This document shows, piece by piece, positions 45,343 to 54,872 of a stretch of DNA of 62,720 nucleotides. Location: positions 1-62,720 of IMG/VR virus record IMGVR_UViG_3300037242_000251; one strand, given 5' to 3'. The translations under genes were made by a program, and so were the position numbers. The notes under the pieces were generated by a model. It was not told where the DNA came from, did no database searches, and was given only the letters and a program-made list of their open reading frames with translations. This DNA is from a virus. Its lineage: Duplodnaviria; Caudoviricetes. How positions within the stretch are numbered: position 1 is the stretch's first letter; every line of letters begins with the position of its first letter.

Positions 45343-48167
45343 GCCTGCTCGACGACAATCCCGTTCTTGATCAAACGCCGCCTTGGGCGCCGAAGGCTCC
45401 GCTCGCTCAGCCGGCGCCCAGCCCGGCGGCACCTGTTAAGATCGAAGCGTCAGCTCCTAAGATGACGCCCGAGACGCATCCGCACTATTTCAGCACCCCT
45501 GCCGCCCCTACCGCGCCCGGCGCGCCGGCGCAGACCGCTGCCGAGAAGCCGGCGGCGGGCGACTACATGGCGGTGGTGCGCCGACGCGAGAGCGGCGGCA
45601 ACGACATGGCCGGCAACGGCGTCGCCTTCGGTCGCTACGCCTTCACGCCCAAGACGTGGCTGGGCGTCGCCGCCGCGCATCCCGAGCTCGGGCTAAAGCC
45701 CGAGGACATCTGGAGCGGCGACAAGCAGGATCAGGCGATGCAGGCGATCACCGCCGACAACGCTAAGGTTTTGGCCCAAAACGGTATCGCGGCTTCGCCG
45801 GGCAACCTCTACATGATGCATTTCCTCGGAACCGGAGGCGGGCCGAAGTTTCTAAAAGCGATGCAGGCTCAGCCGGGCGCCGACGCGGCGGCGATGTTTC
45901 CGCTTGAGGCGCGCTACAATCCGACGATCTTTTTTCAGAACGGTCAGCCGCGCTCGCTCGGTCAGATATACGCTTCGATGACGAAGGACTTCGGCGGAGC
46001 ACTCTCCGACGGGCTTCAGACGAAATCCGTCGAAAATTCTGGGCTGCAAATCGCTTCCGACGCCATGTCCGATGCGACGAACGATTCTTCGTTGCCGCCG
46101 CTCCCGCCGGGCGCGAAATTGGACCCGCTCGGCGAGGCCGCGAAGATTGACGCGTCGAAAATTGACATTCCGCCGCTACCGCCCGGCGCCACGCTCGACT
46201 CGCAGGAAGCCTATCAGCAGGACGTGCAGGGCAAGTCCTATGAGTCCGAAGCGGAAAAGACGAAAGCGGCGAGCGAGAAACCGCTGAGCGTCTGGGAGGC
46301 GCTTTCGCCGTCTCGTTTCTTTCAAGCGCGAGAGGACCTTGGCAAAGGCGTTGCTTCCGGTCTCGCTCAAGACGTGACCGGCGCAGGCGAGCTACTGCCG
46401 AACGCCTTGGGCGGGGGAAAGGCGGCGGAGGCGACTCGCGCGCTGCAAGGTGTGGGCGACCCGACAGGACAGAAGATTGGTGAGGTTGGCGGTCTGCTCG
46501 CTCCTATCGGCGAAGGTCTGGCAGGAGTGGGCGCCAGCGCCAAGGCGTTGGTCGAAGAGGGACCAAAGCTGGCGACCATGGCGAAAGGCGCTTTGAGCGG
46601 CGCGCGTGGCGCGGGGCTCGCCGGGGCGATGACGCCAACCGGCGAGAGCGACGATGAACAGCGGGCCAAAGACAAGCTGGCTGACACCGGGCTCGGCGCG
46701 GTGACAGGGGCCGCTGCTGGCGGTGTGATCCCAGCGGCTTCTGGCGCGGTCAAGTGGGTTGGCAAGGAGGCAAGCACGCTCCTCGGAACCACGGCGAAGA
46801 AGGCTGTCGCCGAAGCCAAGACGCTCGCCGAGGAACTCCGCAGCGGCATCGATGCCGAGACCGGCAAGGCGCTGACCGCCGAAGAAAAGGCGGCGAAGGT
46901 CGCTCAGATCGAGAAGACGAACGCCAAGGCCCAAGGCGCCGGTGACGAGGCCGAGACAGTCGTTCATCAGGCGAAGATCGCCACTGAGGCGGCCAAGCCG
47001 GTCTCGACGCCCGAAGCGCTGGGCGAGCAGGTCCACGACACCGCGGTCAAGGACATGGAGTCCTTGAAGGCCGAGCGGACCGAAAAGTCAGGCTTCGACA
47101 AGGCGGTCAAGTCGGACGGCGGCGCGCCGTTGGTGCCGACTAGCCAATTCGCTGCCAAGGCTAAGGCAATGGAAGCTGAGACCAAGAGCCCGGAGCTGAA
47201 GACCGCGCTGGAGCAATTCCGCAAGTCGTTGACCAACGCGCCGAGCGTTAAGGGGCAACCGGTCGTCAAGGCAGTGTCGATCCGCCAGGCGCGCGAGATC
47301 ATCGAGACGCTCAACAGAAGCATCGACGAGATGGCGCCGAATGCGGCTCATCGGCTTACCGAGGTCCGCGACGAGTTCTTGAAGCACCTAGAAGCGACGC
47401 ATCCACAGATGAAGGCGGCGCGGTTGAAATACGCCGAATTGTCGCGGCCGCTCGACGTCTATGAGCGCACCGGCGCGCTCAAGAAAGCGGCGATGGAGGA
47501 CCCCTACTCCGGCGCCGCAACGATGGACCCGGTCAAGATCAAGGCCGCCGTCACTGGCAAGACGCAGGCCGGCGCCGAGGCCCTGCAGAGGCTGATCGGG
47601 AAGAACCCGGCGATCAAGGAGTCGGTTCGCAACGTCCTGCAGCGTGAGCTGTACGGCGCCGGGGCGACGAACCGCACGCCGACCGCCGCGCAACTGCGCT
47701 CGTTCTTGCAGAACAATCGCATGACGCTGGAAAAGACTGGCCTTTACGACGAATTCTCCAAAGTGAAGCCGAGCCTTGAGGCGGTCGAGGCGGCGCCAAA
47801 GCGGGCGGCTGAGACGCAGCGTAACATTGCCGATTTGGCGAAGACCAAGGTCGACGCCACCACGGCGCGCAACAAGCTGAAGTCGCTACAGATCACGATG
47901 AACGAGCCGAAGAACACCCCGGCTCAGGTCGTGGCCGAGAGTAAATCGACGGCGGAGTGGCTGCGCGGCAGACAACTCATGACCGACAGCCAATACGAGA
48001 AATTCACCAGCGATCTTCGCGACGCTCAAAAGAGCATCGCCGAGGCCAAAACTCAGGAAGAGGCGCGGGACAGGGCTCGGTCATTGGCGGCCAAAGTCGG
48101 CGTCGGGCTCGGGCTCCTCGGGACCGCCGGCGAGCAGATATTCCAGCACAAGATCAGGCTCCAGTGA
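45339..48167 (+). CDS. Large ejection protein with N-terminal lysozyme-like/transglycosylase domain
   Basis: RESGG...A.GRY.F...TW and LY.MHFLG.GG...NP motifs. Confidence 0.75.
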   Translation: MSLLDDNPVLDQTPPWAPKAPLAQPAPSPAAPVKIEASAPKMTPETHPHYFSTPAAPTAPGAPAQTAAEKPAAGDYMAVVRRRESGGNDMAGNGVAFGRYAFTPKTWLGVAAAHPELGLKPEDIWSGDKQDQAMQAITADNAKVLAQNGIAASPGNLYMMHFLGTGGGPKFLKAMQAQPGADAAAMFPLEARYNPTIFFQNGQPRSLGQIYASMTKDFGGALSDGLQTKSVENSGLQIASDAMSDATNDSSLPPLPPGAKLDPLGEAAKIDASKIDIPPLPPGATLDSQEAYQQDVQGKSYESEAEKTKAASEKPLSVWEALSPSRFFQAREDLGKGVASGLAQDVTGAGELLPNALGGGKAAEATRALQGVGDPTGQKIGEVGGLLAPIGEGLAGVGASAKALVEEGPKLATMAKGALSGARGAGLAGAMTPTGESDDEQRAKDKLADTGLGAVTGAAAGGVIPAASGAVKWVGKEASTLLGTTAKKAVAEAKTLAEELRSGIDAETGKALTAEEKAAKVAQIEKTNAKAQGAGDEAETVVHQAKIATEAAKPVSTPEALGEQVHDTAVKDMESLKAERTEKSGFDKAVKSDGGAPLVPTSQFAAKAKAMEAETKSPELKTALEQFRKSLTNAPSVKGQPVVKAVSIRQAREIIETLNRSIDEMAPNAAHRLTEVRDEFLKHLEATHPQMKAARLKYAELSRPLDVYERTGALKKAAMEDPYSGAATMDPVKIKAAVTGKTQAGAEALQRLIGKNPAIKESVRNVLQRELYGAGATNRTPTAAQLRSFLQNNRMTLEKTGLYDEFSKVKPSLEAVEAAPKRAAETQRNIADLAKTKVDATTARNKLKSLQITMNEPKNTPAQVVAESKSTAEWLRGRQLMTDSQYEKFTSDLRDAQKSIAEAKTQEEARDRARSLAAKVGVGLGLLGTAGEQIFQHKIRLQ

Positions 48168-48490
48168 GCGACCTCCTCGACACGATCGACGCCGCTGCCG
48201 CCAGTCTGTTGGACGCGGCTGGTTTCGGTGCTAAGGTGGAAGGCGTCGAGCCGCCTAAGGTCGAACTCGCCGAGCGAGTGAACGCCTTCAAGGCGGTGGT
48301 CGACTGGGCCAAGACACGCAGCGCGTTGAAGCCGACGGAACCGGGAAAGTCGAAGTTCGATGCCATCCGAGACAAGTTCCGTGACCCGCCTAAGCGTCGA
48401 GGACGTGGCGCCGCGACCGAGAGCGGTCCCGAGCCCGCCGCCTCAGCCGAGCCCACCGACACCAACGGAGCCGACCTCTTCGACGCATGA
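48164..48490 (+). CDS. Hypothetical protein
   Basis: 108 aa, GTGA-coupled. Confidence 0.6.
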   Translation: MSDLLDTIDAAAASLLDAAGFGAKVEGVEPPKVELAERVNAFKAVVDWAKTRSALKPTEPGKSKFDAIRDKFRDPPKRRGRGAATESGPEPAASAEPTDTNGADLFDA

Positions 48491-48494
48491 TACG

Positions 48495-48689
48495 ATGGTC
48501 GCGACCTTCCGCAGCCTCGCCTACGTGCTTAGCGCTCGCGCTCTCCTGTTTCTGGCGCTGATCTTCTCCTTCGTTCTCGCCGTCATGGCGATGCTGAGCC
48601 AGACCCAGTTCTCGCTCTACGTCCTGTTGGCGGGGTCCGCCTTTACCGTCATCCCCGTCGCCTATCTGGAGACGCGCCGCCGAACCTGA
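48495..48689 (+). CDS. Two-TM membrane protein
   Basis: Two hydrophobic helices; start uncertain. Confidence 0.55.
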   Translation: MVATFRSLAYVLSARALLFLALIFSFVLAVMAMLSQTQFSLYVLLAGSAFTVIPVAYLETRRRT

Positions 48690-48698
48690 CGCATATCC

Positions 48699-48710
48699 AT
48701 ACTATAGTAT
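48699..48710. promoter_or_regulatory. Perfect palindrome ATACTATAGTAT upstream of tail-fibre genes
   Basis: Intergenic, AT-rich; matches 21807-21818 and 32629-32640. Confidence 0.6.
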
Positions 48711-48761
48711 CGAAACATGTCAAGCCAAAAGCGGTCCTCGACATAAAAATGAGGTGACAAA

Positions 48762-49403
48762 GTGCAGTGGGTCGGCGTCGGAAATCAGGCTAAACAACAC
48801 CCCATTTACACGGCGGACGGTGCGGTCGTAGCGGGCGGAACGCCGCAGCTCGTGCTGCCGGTGACGCCGTCGCGCTCCTTCCTGATGCTCCAAAACCTGT
48901 CGGCGGGTTCGCTCTATTTCGAGTTCGGCTCGGCGCGCGCCACGGCGGCGTTGACCAGCGGCGTGATCTCGTCGATCACGGTGACGAACGCCGGTTTCAA
49001 CTTCACCAAACCGCCGGTAGTGCGCTTCGCCGGCGGCGGCAATTCCGGCAACACCTCTTTCCTCGGTCTCAACCAGCCTGGTGGCGACAGTCCAAACTCG
49101 TCGATCACCGCCGGCCGTGTCGCGCGGGCGCACTGCGTGATGACCGGCACGGCGCCGAACCTGTTCGTCTCTTCGATCGTCATTGACGACGGCGGCGCCG
49201 GCTACGTCATCGCACCCTACGTCTTCATCTTCAATTCGGACCTTGACCCCTACGGCTGCGCCGCGCCGTCGGCGACCTCGGGACTGCTGATGGCGACCGG
49301 CGCGGCGCCGCTCATCCTCAACGGCTCGTCGTGCCCTACCGACTCGATCTCCGTCTACGGCGGCACGACTGCTTGGGCCTATCTCTGCCGCTGGATGACC
49401 TGA
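48762..49403 (+). CDS. Virion structural protein
   Basis: R.FLMLQN.S...LY..FG motif with inserted G.GY-type repeats; GAGG SD. Confidence 0.65.
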   Translation: MQWVGVGNQAKQHPIYTADGAVVAGGTPQLVLPVTPSRSFLMLQNLSAGSLYFEFGSARATAALTSGVISSITVTNAGFNFTKPPVVRFAGGGNSGNTSFLGLNQPGGDSPNSSITAGRVARAHCVMTGTAPNLFVSSIVIDDGGAGYVIAPYVFIFNSDLDPYGCAAPSATSGLLMATGAAPLILNGSSCPTDSISVYGGTTAWAYLCRWMT

Positions 49404-49404
49404 C

Positions 49405-49971
49405 GTGGCGGCGCCGCTACCGACCGTCAACATCCAAGGCATCGGCGCTGTCGGCGCTGACCAGCTCAATACCTACGTCCAGACCGTGATCAATTTCGCG
49501 CAGCTGCGCACCTTCACCGGCCTGACGAACATGCTGGCGGCGGTGCAAGGCGGCTCGGCGCCGGGCGACGGGTTGGGCGGCTTCTTCTGGTACAACGCCG
49601 CCAGCACGGCGAGCGACAACGGAACGAGCATCATCGTTCCAAGCGGCGCGGTGCAGGGCGCATGGCTGAAGCTGTCGCCAGTCTACTCCTACCAGACGCC
49701 GACGACCGGCTTTTCGATCCAGCCGGCGAACGGCGTCACGTCGCTGCTGCTGGATCCAGCCGGAACGCTGGCGGCGGGCACGATCGTCTTTCCCGCGACG
49801 CCGATTGACGGTCAGATGTTCAACGTCTCGACCAGCCAGATCATCACCGCGCTGACGCTCTCGGCGCCGGCGGGTCAGACGATTCTTGGAACGATCACGA
49901 CGCTCGCCGCCAACGCTCATGCCGCGTGGCAATACGTCGCCTCGGTCGCCAAGTGGTTCAGGGTGTCCTGA
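49405..49971 (+). CDS. Short tail fibre/adaptor protein
   Basis: N-terminal GD...G.FWY...S.A.DN...IIVP....GAW anchor domain shared with the next gene. Confidence 0.7.
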   Translation: MAAPLPTVNIQGIGAVGADQLNTYVQTVINFAQLRTFTGLTNMLAAVQGGSAPGDGLGGFFWYNAASTASDNGTSIIVPSGAVQGAWLKLSPVYSYQTPTTGFSIQPANGVTSLLLDPAGTLAAGTIVFPATPIDGQMFNVSTSQIITALTLSAPAGQTILGTITTLAANAHAAWQYVASVAKWFRVS

Positions 49972-51461
49972 TGGCGCCGCCGCTCCCCACCGTCACGCAG
50001 CAAGGACAGGGCGTCGTCGGCGCTGACCAGCTCAACACCTACGTCCAGACGGTGCAGAACTTCGCGCAGCTGCGCACCTTCGCCGCGCTCGACGACATGT
50101 GCGTGATGGCGCTCGGTGGCGCTGCGGAAGGTGACGGCAGCCAAGGTCTCTTCTGGTACGACGCCACCAGCACCGCGGCTGACAACAACACGACGGTGAT
50201 CGTCCCGACCGGCAATCTGCAGGGCGCCTGGCTGCTGCTGCCACCGGGGTCCAACTCGCCGGGCAACTTTGCCAGCTTGACGGTCAGCGGCAACGCGACG
50301 ATTGGCGGCAATCTCGCCGTCGGCGGTACGTTGAGCGTGACTGGCGTCGCCAGTTTTGCCGCTGACATCTTGATGACCGGCACAGGTGAGATCGAAATTC
50401 CGGCCGGCACGACCGGGCAGCGCAGCGCCTCGCCGGTAGCGGGCATGATCCGCTACAACACCTCGCTCAGCCAGTTCGAGGGCTACGGCGCTTCGTGGTC
50501 GCCGCTGGCGGGAACTGGCGTCGCTTTCCCGCCCGGCGGTCGGTTGACGCTGACCAGCGGTGTTCCGGTTCTCTCCGCGACCGTCACCGCGGCGAGCGGG
50601 CTCATCTACACGCCCTACGTCGGCGCCACCGTACCGCAATGGAACGGCTCGGCGTGGAGCTCGACGACTTTCGCTGAGATCAGCCAGTCGCTCAGCGACA
50701 CGGTGAACTCGCCGGCCGCCGCGGTATCGGCGAGCGTCTACGACCTTTTCGTCTGGTTCAAGAGCGGCGTCGCGACACTCTCGCGCGGGCCAGTCTGGAC
50801 GAACGTTACGACGCGCGCACAGGCGTTGTCGCGCGTACAGGGTTTCCTCGTCAATTCGCTCAGCATCACCAACGGTCCTGCCGCTGGCTATGGCCTGTGG
50901 GTCGGCACGATCATGACCGACACTTCCGCCGCGGCGGTGACGTTCGCTCCGAACCCGGCGGCGGCGGTCGGCGGTCCGTTCACCGGGTCGGGCGGCGGCA
51001 ACTCCGGGGCGTGGGTCGGGCTGTGTAATGCGTTCAACCGCGTATCGTTGACGGCGGTCGCGCGCGACAGCTCGACGAGTTGGACCTACGCAACGGCGAC
51101 GTGGCGCCAGGCCGACAACGCTCCTCAGAACCGTATCAGCTTCGTCGTTGGCTTCGGCGTTGCCGGCAGCTCGCCGGAGGATTCGATCTTCGCCGGATAC
51201 ACGTCCTATTCGACGACCGCCAGCTCGCAAATCGGGTACATCGGGGTGGGTATCAACAGCACTTCGTCTCCCTCCGGTCAGGTGGCTTCCAACGCGTCGA
51301 GTACTGATCCCAACAGCCAGACGGCGGCATATGCAGGCGTAACGAGCGCCGGGCAGCAGTACGTTCAGGCGCTCGAATACGCAGCCGGCGCGACGATCAC
51401 CACCGTTGGCTCCACTGCGGTCGGCCAGCTCATGCAGCTCGTCGCACAGTTGAGGTTCTGA
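49971..51461 (+). CDS. Tail fibre protein
   Basis: Same anchor; P.GTT.QR....G.IRYN.....FEGY and GRLTLTSG.PV segments. Confidence 0.8.
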   Translation: MAPPLPTVTQQGQGVVGADQLNTYVQTVQNFAQLRTFAALDDMCVMALGGAAEGDGSQGLFWYDATSTAADNNTTVIVPTGNLQGAWLLLPPGSNSPGNFASLTVSGNATIGGNLAVGGTLSVTGVASFAADILMTGTGEIEIPAGTTGQRSASPVAGMIRYNTSLSQFEGYGASWSPLAGTGVAFPPGGRLTLTSGVPVLSATVTAASGLIYTPYVGATVPQWNGSAWSSTTFAEISQSLSDTVNSPAAAVSASVYDLFVWFKSGVATLSRGPVWTNVTTRAQALSRVQGFLVNSLSITNGPAAGYGLWVGTIMTDTSAAAVTFAPNPAAAVGGPFTGSGGGNSGAWVGLCNAFNRVSLTAVARDSSTSWTYATATWRQADNAPQNRISFVVGFGVAGSSPEDSIFAGYTSYSTTASSQIGYIGVGINSTSSPSGQVASNASSTDPNSQTAAYAGVTSAGQQYVQALEYAAGATITTVGSTAVGQLMQLVAQLRF

Positions 51462-51462
51462 G

Positions 51463-51765
51463 ATGCGCTGGCTCGTCCTATTCGCTTTGCTCGCTGCGCC
51501 GGCGCTCGCTCACGACGCTTGGTCCGACGGCTCGGCGGTTCCACCGTGGGTTAAGTCGATGTGCTGTGGCGAGGCCGACGCGCATCAGCTCGCCGACGGC
51601 GAGGCTTGGCAGGAAAGCGATGGTTGGCATTTCCGCGCCGTCGACGCGGTCGTTCCCGACACAAGCGTGCTGCCGAGCCAAGACGAGCACGTGTGGGCGT
51701 TTTGGAACCTGGCTTATGGGCGCGCCGCGCCAATCTACTGTCTGTTTATCCCGATGGGCGCCTGA
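51463..51765 (+). CDS. Exported Cys-containing protein (AH…CC…D…C family)
   Basis: Signal peptide ending ALA-H; CCGEAD. Confidence 0.7.
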   Translation: MRWLVLFALLAAPALAHDAWSDGSAVPPWVKSMCCGEADAHQLADGEAWQESDGWHFRAVDAVVPDTSVLPSQDEHVWAFWNLAYGRAAPIYCLFIPMGA

Positions 51766-51767
51766 CA

Positions 51768-51953
51768 ATGATCGCGCTCAAACCCTTCGTCGTCCCGACT
51801 GTCACAGCGCTCATCGGCATGGCGCTGCTGATCTTCTGGGCCTATGACAACTACGACGGCTGGGGTAAGTTCGTCCTTGGCGGAGGGTTTCTGGTCGCCG
51901 GGCTGTACGGCGTGTCCGAAGCGGCGGAAACGAGAAAGGACGACGAATCGTGA
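51768..51953 (+). CDS. Two-TM small membrane protein
   Basis: 61 aa, overlaps endolysin start. Confidence 0.6.
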   Translation: MIALKPFVVPTVTALIGMALLIFWAYDNYDGWGKFVLGGGFLVAGLYGVSEAAETRKDDES

Positions 51954-52639
51954 CCGGCATAGCGCTCACCTCGACTCAACTCCTTGCCGCTGCGCCGAAC
52001 GCGCTTCCGAACGTCGTCGCGGCGATCGTCGAGGACTGGCCGGTGCAGTCGGTTAAGTACCAGATCACCACGCGCAACCGGATGCTTGGCTTCCTGTCGG
52101 TGTGCATCGAAGAGTCCGGCGGTCTGACGGCGCTGGTTGAGGACGACAATTACTCCGCCGCACGCGCCGCGCAAGTCTTCCCGTCGATCTTCCCGACCGT
52201 CGCGTCGGCTGAACCCTACGCCGGCAACCCGGTAGCCTTCGCTAACAAGGTCTACGACGGACGCATGGGCAACATCCTCGGCTCCAACGACGGCTGGAAT
52301 TTTCGAGGCCAGGGCTTGCTGCAGGTGACGGGGCGCGACGAATTTGCGGCGCTTTCCAAGGCGACTGGTCTATCCCTGCTGGCAAATCCGAACTTGGTCT
52401 CCAGCGACGAGTATCTGTTGGAGTGCGCGTTGGCGACCTTCAACATGTACGCCTACGGCAACATTCTCGTCCTATGCGACGCCGGCAATTTCGAAGGCGT
52501 CTGGGCGCTGGTCGGCGACGGCACGCCGAGCGGCCCGGTCGTCAATCTGGCGAACCACGAGGCCGCGCTCGCGGCGCTGGAGAAGACGCTGACGGCGCTG
52601 CGGCTAGCGTTTTCGCAACTGGAGAAGGTGATCCTGTGA
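51950..52639 (+). CDS. Glycoside hydrolase family 19 endolysin
   Basis: EESGG, ANKVY..RMGN....DGW.FRGQGLLQVTGR. Confidence 0.9.
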   Translation: MTGIALTSTQLLAAAPNALPNVVAAIVEDWPVQSVKYQITTRNRMLGFLSVCIEESGGLTALVEDDNYSAARAAQVFPSIFPTVASAEPYAGNPVAFANKVYDGRMGNILGSNDGWNFRGQGLLQVTGRDEFAALSKATGLSLLANPNLVSSDEYLLECALATFNMYAYGNILVLCDAGNFEGVWALVGDGTPSGPVVNLANHEAALAALEKTLTALRLAFSQLEKVIL

Positions 52640-53298
52640 CCACGCTGGTCGTCGTCGGCATGAAGTCTGAGGCCAACATCGTCTCGACGATGCCCGACAC
52701 GGTCGTCGTGATTGGCGCTGGCGCCGCCATCCAGCTGACTGCGGACATCGAAGCGGCGATCGCCGGCGGCTGCGACCACGTCTTGTCATTCGGAACCTGC
52801 GGCGCGCTGGCGCCGGACCTCGTCGCTGGACAACTGGTCGTCGGCACGCTGATCGAGGACGCGCCGAACCTCGACATCGACTGCGACGAGACGTGGGCCG
52901 CCAGCATCGAGGCGGCGACAGGCGCGACGCCGGTCAGCGTGACGACCGCCGCCACAACGGTGGCGACGGTCGCCGAGAAAGCCACGCTGTTCGCCTCGAG
53001 CCACGCCGACGTCGTCGATCTTGAATCCTGCGTCGCGGCGCGAGTCGCCAAGGCCCACAACCTGCCCTTCGCTGTGCTGCGCGCGGTTTCCGACGCCGCC
53101 GATCAGGACATCCCGCCCGCCGCGCTCGCGGCGCTGACCGCGACCGGAAATATCGACGTCGGGGCGATCATCGCGTCGCTGACGATCGACGACGATCAGA
53201 TACCGGCGCTGCTGAAGCTGGCCGACACCTCGGCGCTGGCTTTCAACGCACTGGCGCAGGCGCTCGCCGACCTAGGCATAAACTACGGAGAGTGCTAG
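52636..53298 (+). CDS. hpnG: HpnG-like (hopanoid-associated) nucleoside phosphorylase
   Basis: VVGM..EA, LSFG.CGAL.PDL, EKA.LF....A.VVDLES, PFAVLRAVSD, PPAAL.AL...G.ID; GTGA-coupled to the endolysin. Confidence 0.75.
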   Translation: MTTLVVVGMKSEANIVSTMPDTVVVIGAGAAIQLTADIEAAIAGGCDHVLSFGTCGALAPDLVAGQLVVGTLIEDAPNLDIDCDETWAASIEAATGATPVSVTTAATTVATVAEKATLFASSHADVVDLESCVAARVAKAHNLPFAVLRAVSDAADQDIPPAALAALTATGNIDVGAIIASLTIDDDQIPALLKLADTSALAFNALAQALADLGINYGEC

Positions 53299-53348
53299 TA
53301 TAGAGAAACCCCGCGCCCGGCGGTCTCCGAGCAAAAAGGAGAGTTGCC

Positions 53349-53564
53349 ATGATTGGCTTAGCGATCGGCATCCTGTGGCTCGCGATCGGAGTGATCGTTC
53401 TCGGCGCGATCCTCTACATCCTGTTCTGGGCGGTTCGCATGTTCTTCCCGATTCCGCCCAACGTCGAGAAGGCGGTATGGGCCGTGTTCGGAATTCTCAT
53501 CCTGATCTACTTGCTGATGGCGGTCGAAGGGGGCACTCTTCCCCATCCCGCTTTGTTTCGATAA
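53349..53564 (+). CDS. Small hydrophobic holin-like membrane protein
   Basis: 71 aa, two TM helices, AAGGAG SD. Confidence 0.65.
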   Translation: MIGLAIGILWLAIGVIVLGAILYILFWAVRMFFPIPPNVEKAVWAVFGILILIYLLMAVEGGTLPHPALFR

Positions 53565-53668
53565 CCGGGAGAGTCAGGTTCCCGATCTCCCGCCTGAGCC
53601 GCGCCCACCGGGACCGATCTGCACGAATTGCTGAACCTGCGCGATGAACGAATTAGAGAGGACGAAGA

Positions 53669-54007
53669 ATGGAAATCGGCCCGAACATCAAAGGGTACAT
53701 CAACCTCGTCATCGCCATCTGCGGCGTGATCGGGACAGTCGGCGTGAGCGCCTTTCCCGACTACATCCCGCCGGGCGTGGCGAAGGACGTCGTCCAGACC
53801 GCCGCGCTGATTTTCGCGATCTACGGCGGTCTCAACAGCGCCGGGAATTTCCTGTCGTCCAACCAGCCGGGTCTCTTCGCTCCCAAGGATCCACCCGTCG
53901 TGGTGGCGGCGAAGAAAGTGGCTGATCTGCCCTCGACGGCGACCTCTGCGGCGATAGCGGGGGCCAAGGCGTCGGCCGTGTCCGCCATCGACGCGCATCA
54001 ACCGTGA
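53669..54007 (+). CDS. Holin-like membrane protein
   Basis: Two TM helices, lysis region. Confidence 0.55.
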   Translation: MEIGPNIKGYINLVIAICGVIGTVGVSAFPDYIPPGVAKDVVQTAALIFAIYGGLNSAGNFLSSNQPGLFAPKDPPVVVAAKKVADLPSTATSAAIAGAKASAVSAIDAHQP

Positions 54008-54016
54008 GATAAGAAG

Positions 54017-54187
54017 ATGCTCGTCGTCGCGATCCTCGGAACCATCGGCGCCGTCGTCTGGACGGTGTTGGCGATCCAAGCGAAGGCTTTGTCAAAGGCG
54101 CCTTCACTGGGGTTTGAGGGTGGCGGATTAGTTGCGATTATGTGGCTGATCGTGGCGGCGTTGTGGGCCGTGTGGTGGTTCGCATGA
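54017..54187 (+). CDS. 56-aa two-TM peptide
   Basis: Read by hand; ATGA overlap with next gene. Confidence 0.5.
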   Translation: MLVVAILGTIGAVVWTVLAIQAKALSKAPSLGFEGGGLVAIMWLIVAALWAVWWFA

Positions 54188-54357
54188 TCCTCATCGTTGT
54201 CGCCGCCGCGTCCGCAGCCGCTGGCGTCATCTTCGGCATGTGGGCGGAGCGCCGCAGCATCGCCGCGAACGACGCGCGCGTGAAGCAAACAATCTGTGAC
54301 CTCGGCGCGGCGATCGCGCAGGGGATTAGCATCGACCAGAAGGAAACTACGCCATGA
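54184..54357 (+). CDS. 57-aa N-anchored membrane protein
   Basis: ATGA-coupled at both ends. Confidence 0.55.
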   Translation: MILIVVAAASAAAGVIFGMWAERRSIAANDARVKQTICDLGAAIAQGISIDQKETTP

Positions 54358-54722
54358 GAAAATTGTTCGTTTCAATGATCGTCGCCCCGGCGATCATGCT
54401 CGCCGCCTGCACCTCAACCGAAGTTCAGGCCAACGTGTTGGCGGCTTGCCAGGCGCTCGGCGCCGGGGCGTCCGCCGTCGCCACTGTCGCCGGGCTCCTG
54501 CCCGATGGGACGGAGGTTTCCTCTGTGGTCACAGGGATCGTGACCGATGTGACCAACGACTGCCCGGCCTTCGCCAGCGACGTCGCCAACGCGGTGGCGG
54601 CGATCTCGAACATCGGCGGGTCGGGCACCGTGTCGGTGGCGGCGCAGACTGCGTCGATGAAGGCTCGCGGCGAGCGGATGCGGGTGTCGGCGCCGTTCCA
54701 CTTCGGTCCCTACGGCAGCTAA
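54354..54722 (+). CDS. Lipoprotein (possible spanin component)
   Basis: Lipobox LAAC at residues 16-19. Confidence 0.65.
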   Translation: MRKLFVSMIVAPAIMLAACTSTEVQANVLAACQALGAGASAVATVAGLLPDGTEVSSVVTGIVTDVTNDCPAFASDVANAVAAISNIGGSGTVSVAAQTASMKARGERMRVSAPFHFGPYGS

Positions 54723-54734
54723 CGAGGAGGCCCC

Positions 54735-54872
54735 ATGCGGCCCGTACTCGAAATCGGCGCAGCCGTCATAGGCGTGGTCGCGTTCCTGTACCTCGTGTTT
54801 GTGGTCGTCGCGTGGGGCGTCGTTCCGTGGATCATTGATAAGTTCAGAGGGTGGCATGCCAAACTCAGTTAG
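54735..54872 (+). CDS. 45-aa membrane peptide
   Basis: GAGGAGG SD, single long TM helix. Confidence 0.55.
   Translation: MRPVLEIGAAVIGVVAFLYLVFVVVAWGVVPWIIDKFRGWHAKLS

Noticed and set aside
49405-50240. Duplicated tail sequence as a DGR template/variable repeat
   Set aside because: No reverse transcriptase; differences are not adenine-specific and lie at N-termini
53564-53660. Possible tRNA or structured RNA
   Set aside because: Only one imperfect hairpin; no cloverleaf or T-loop consensus; no tRNA was recognised anywhere in the window
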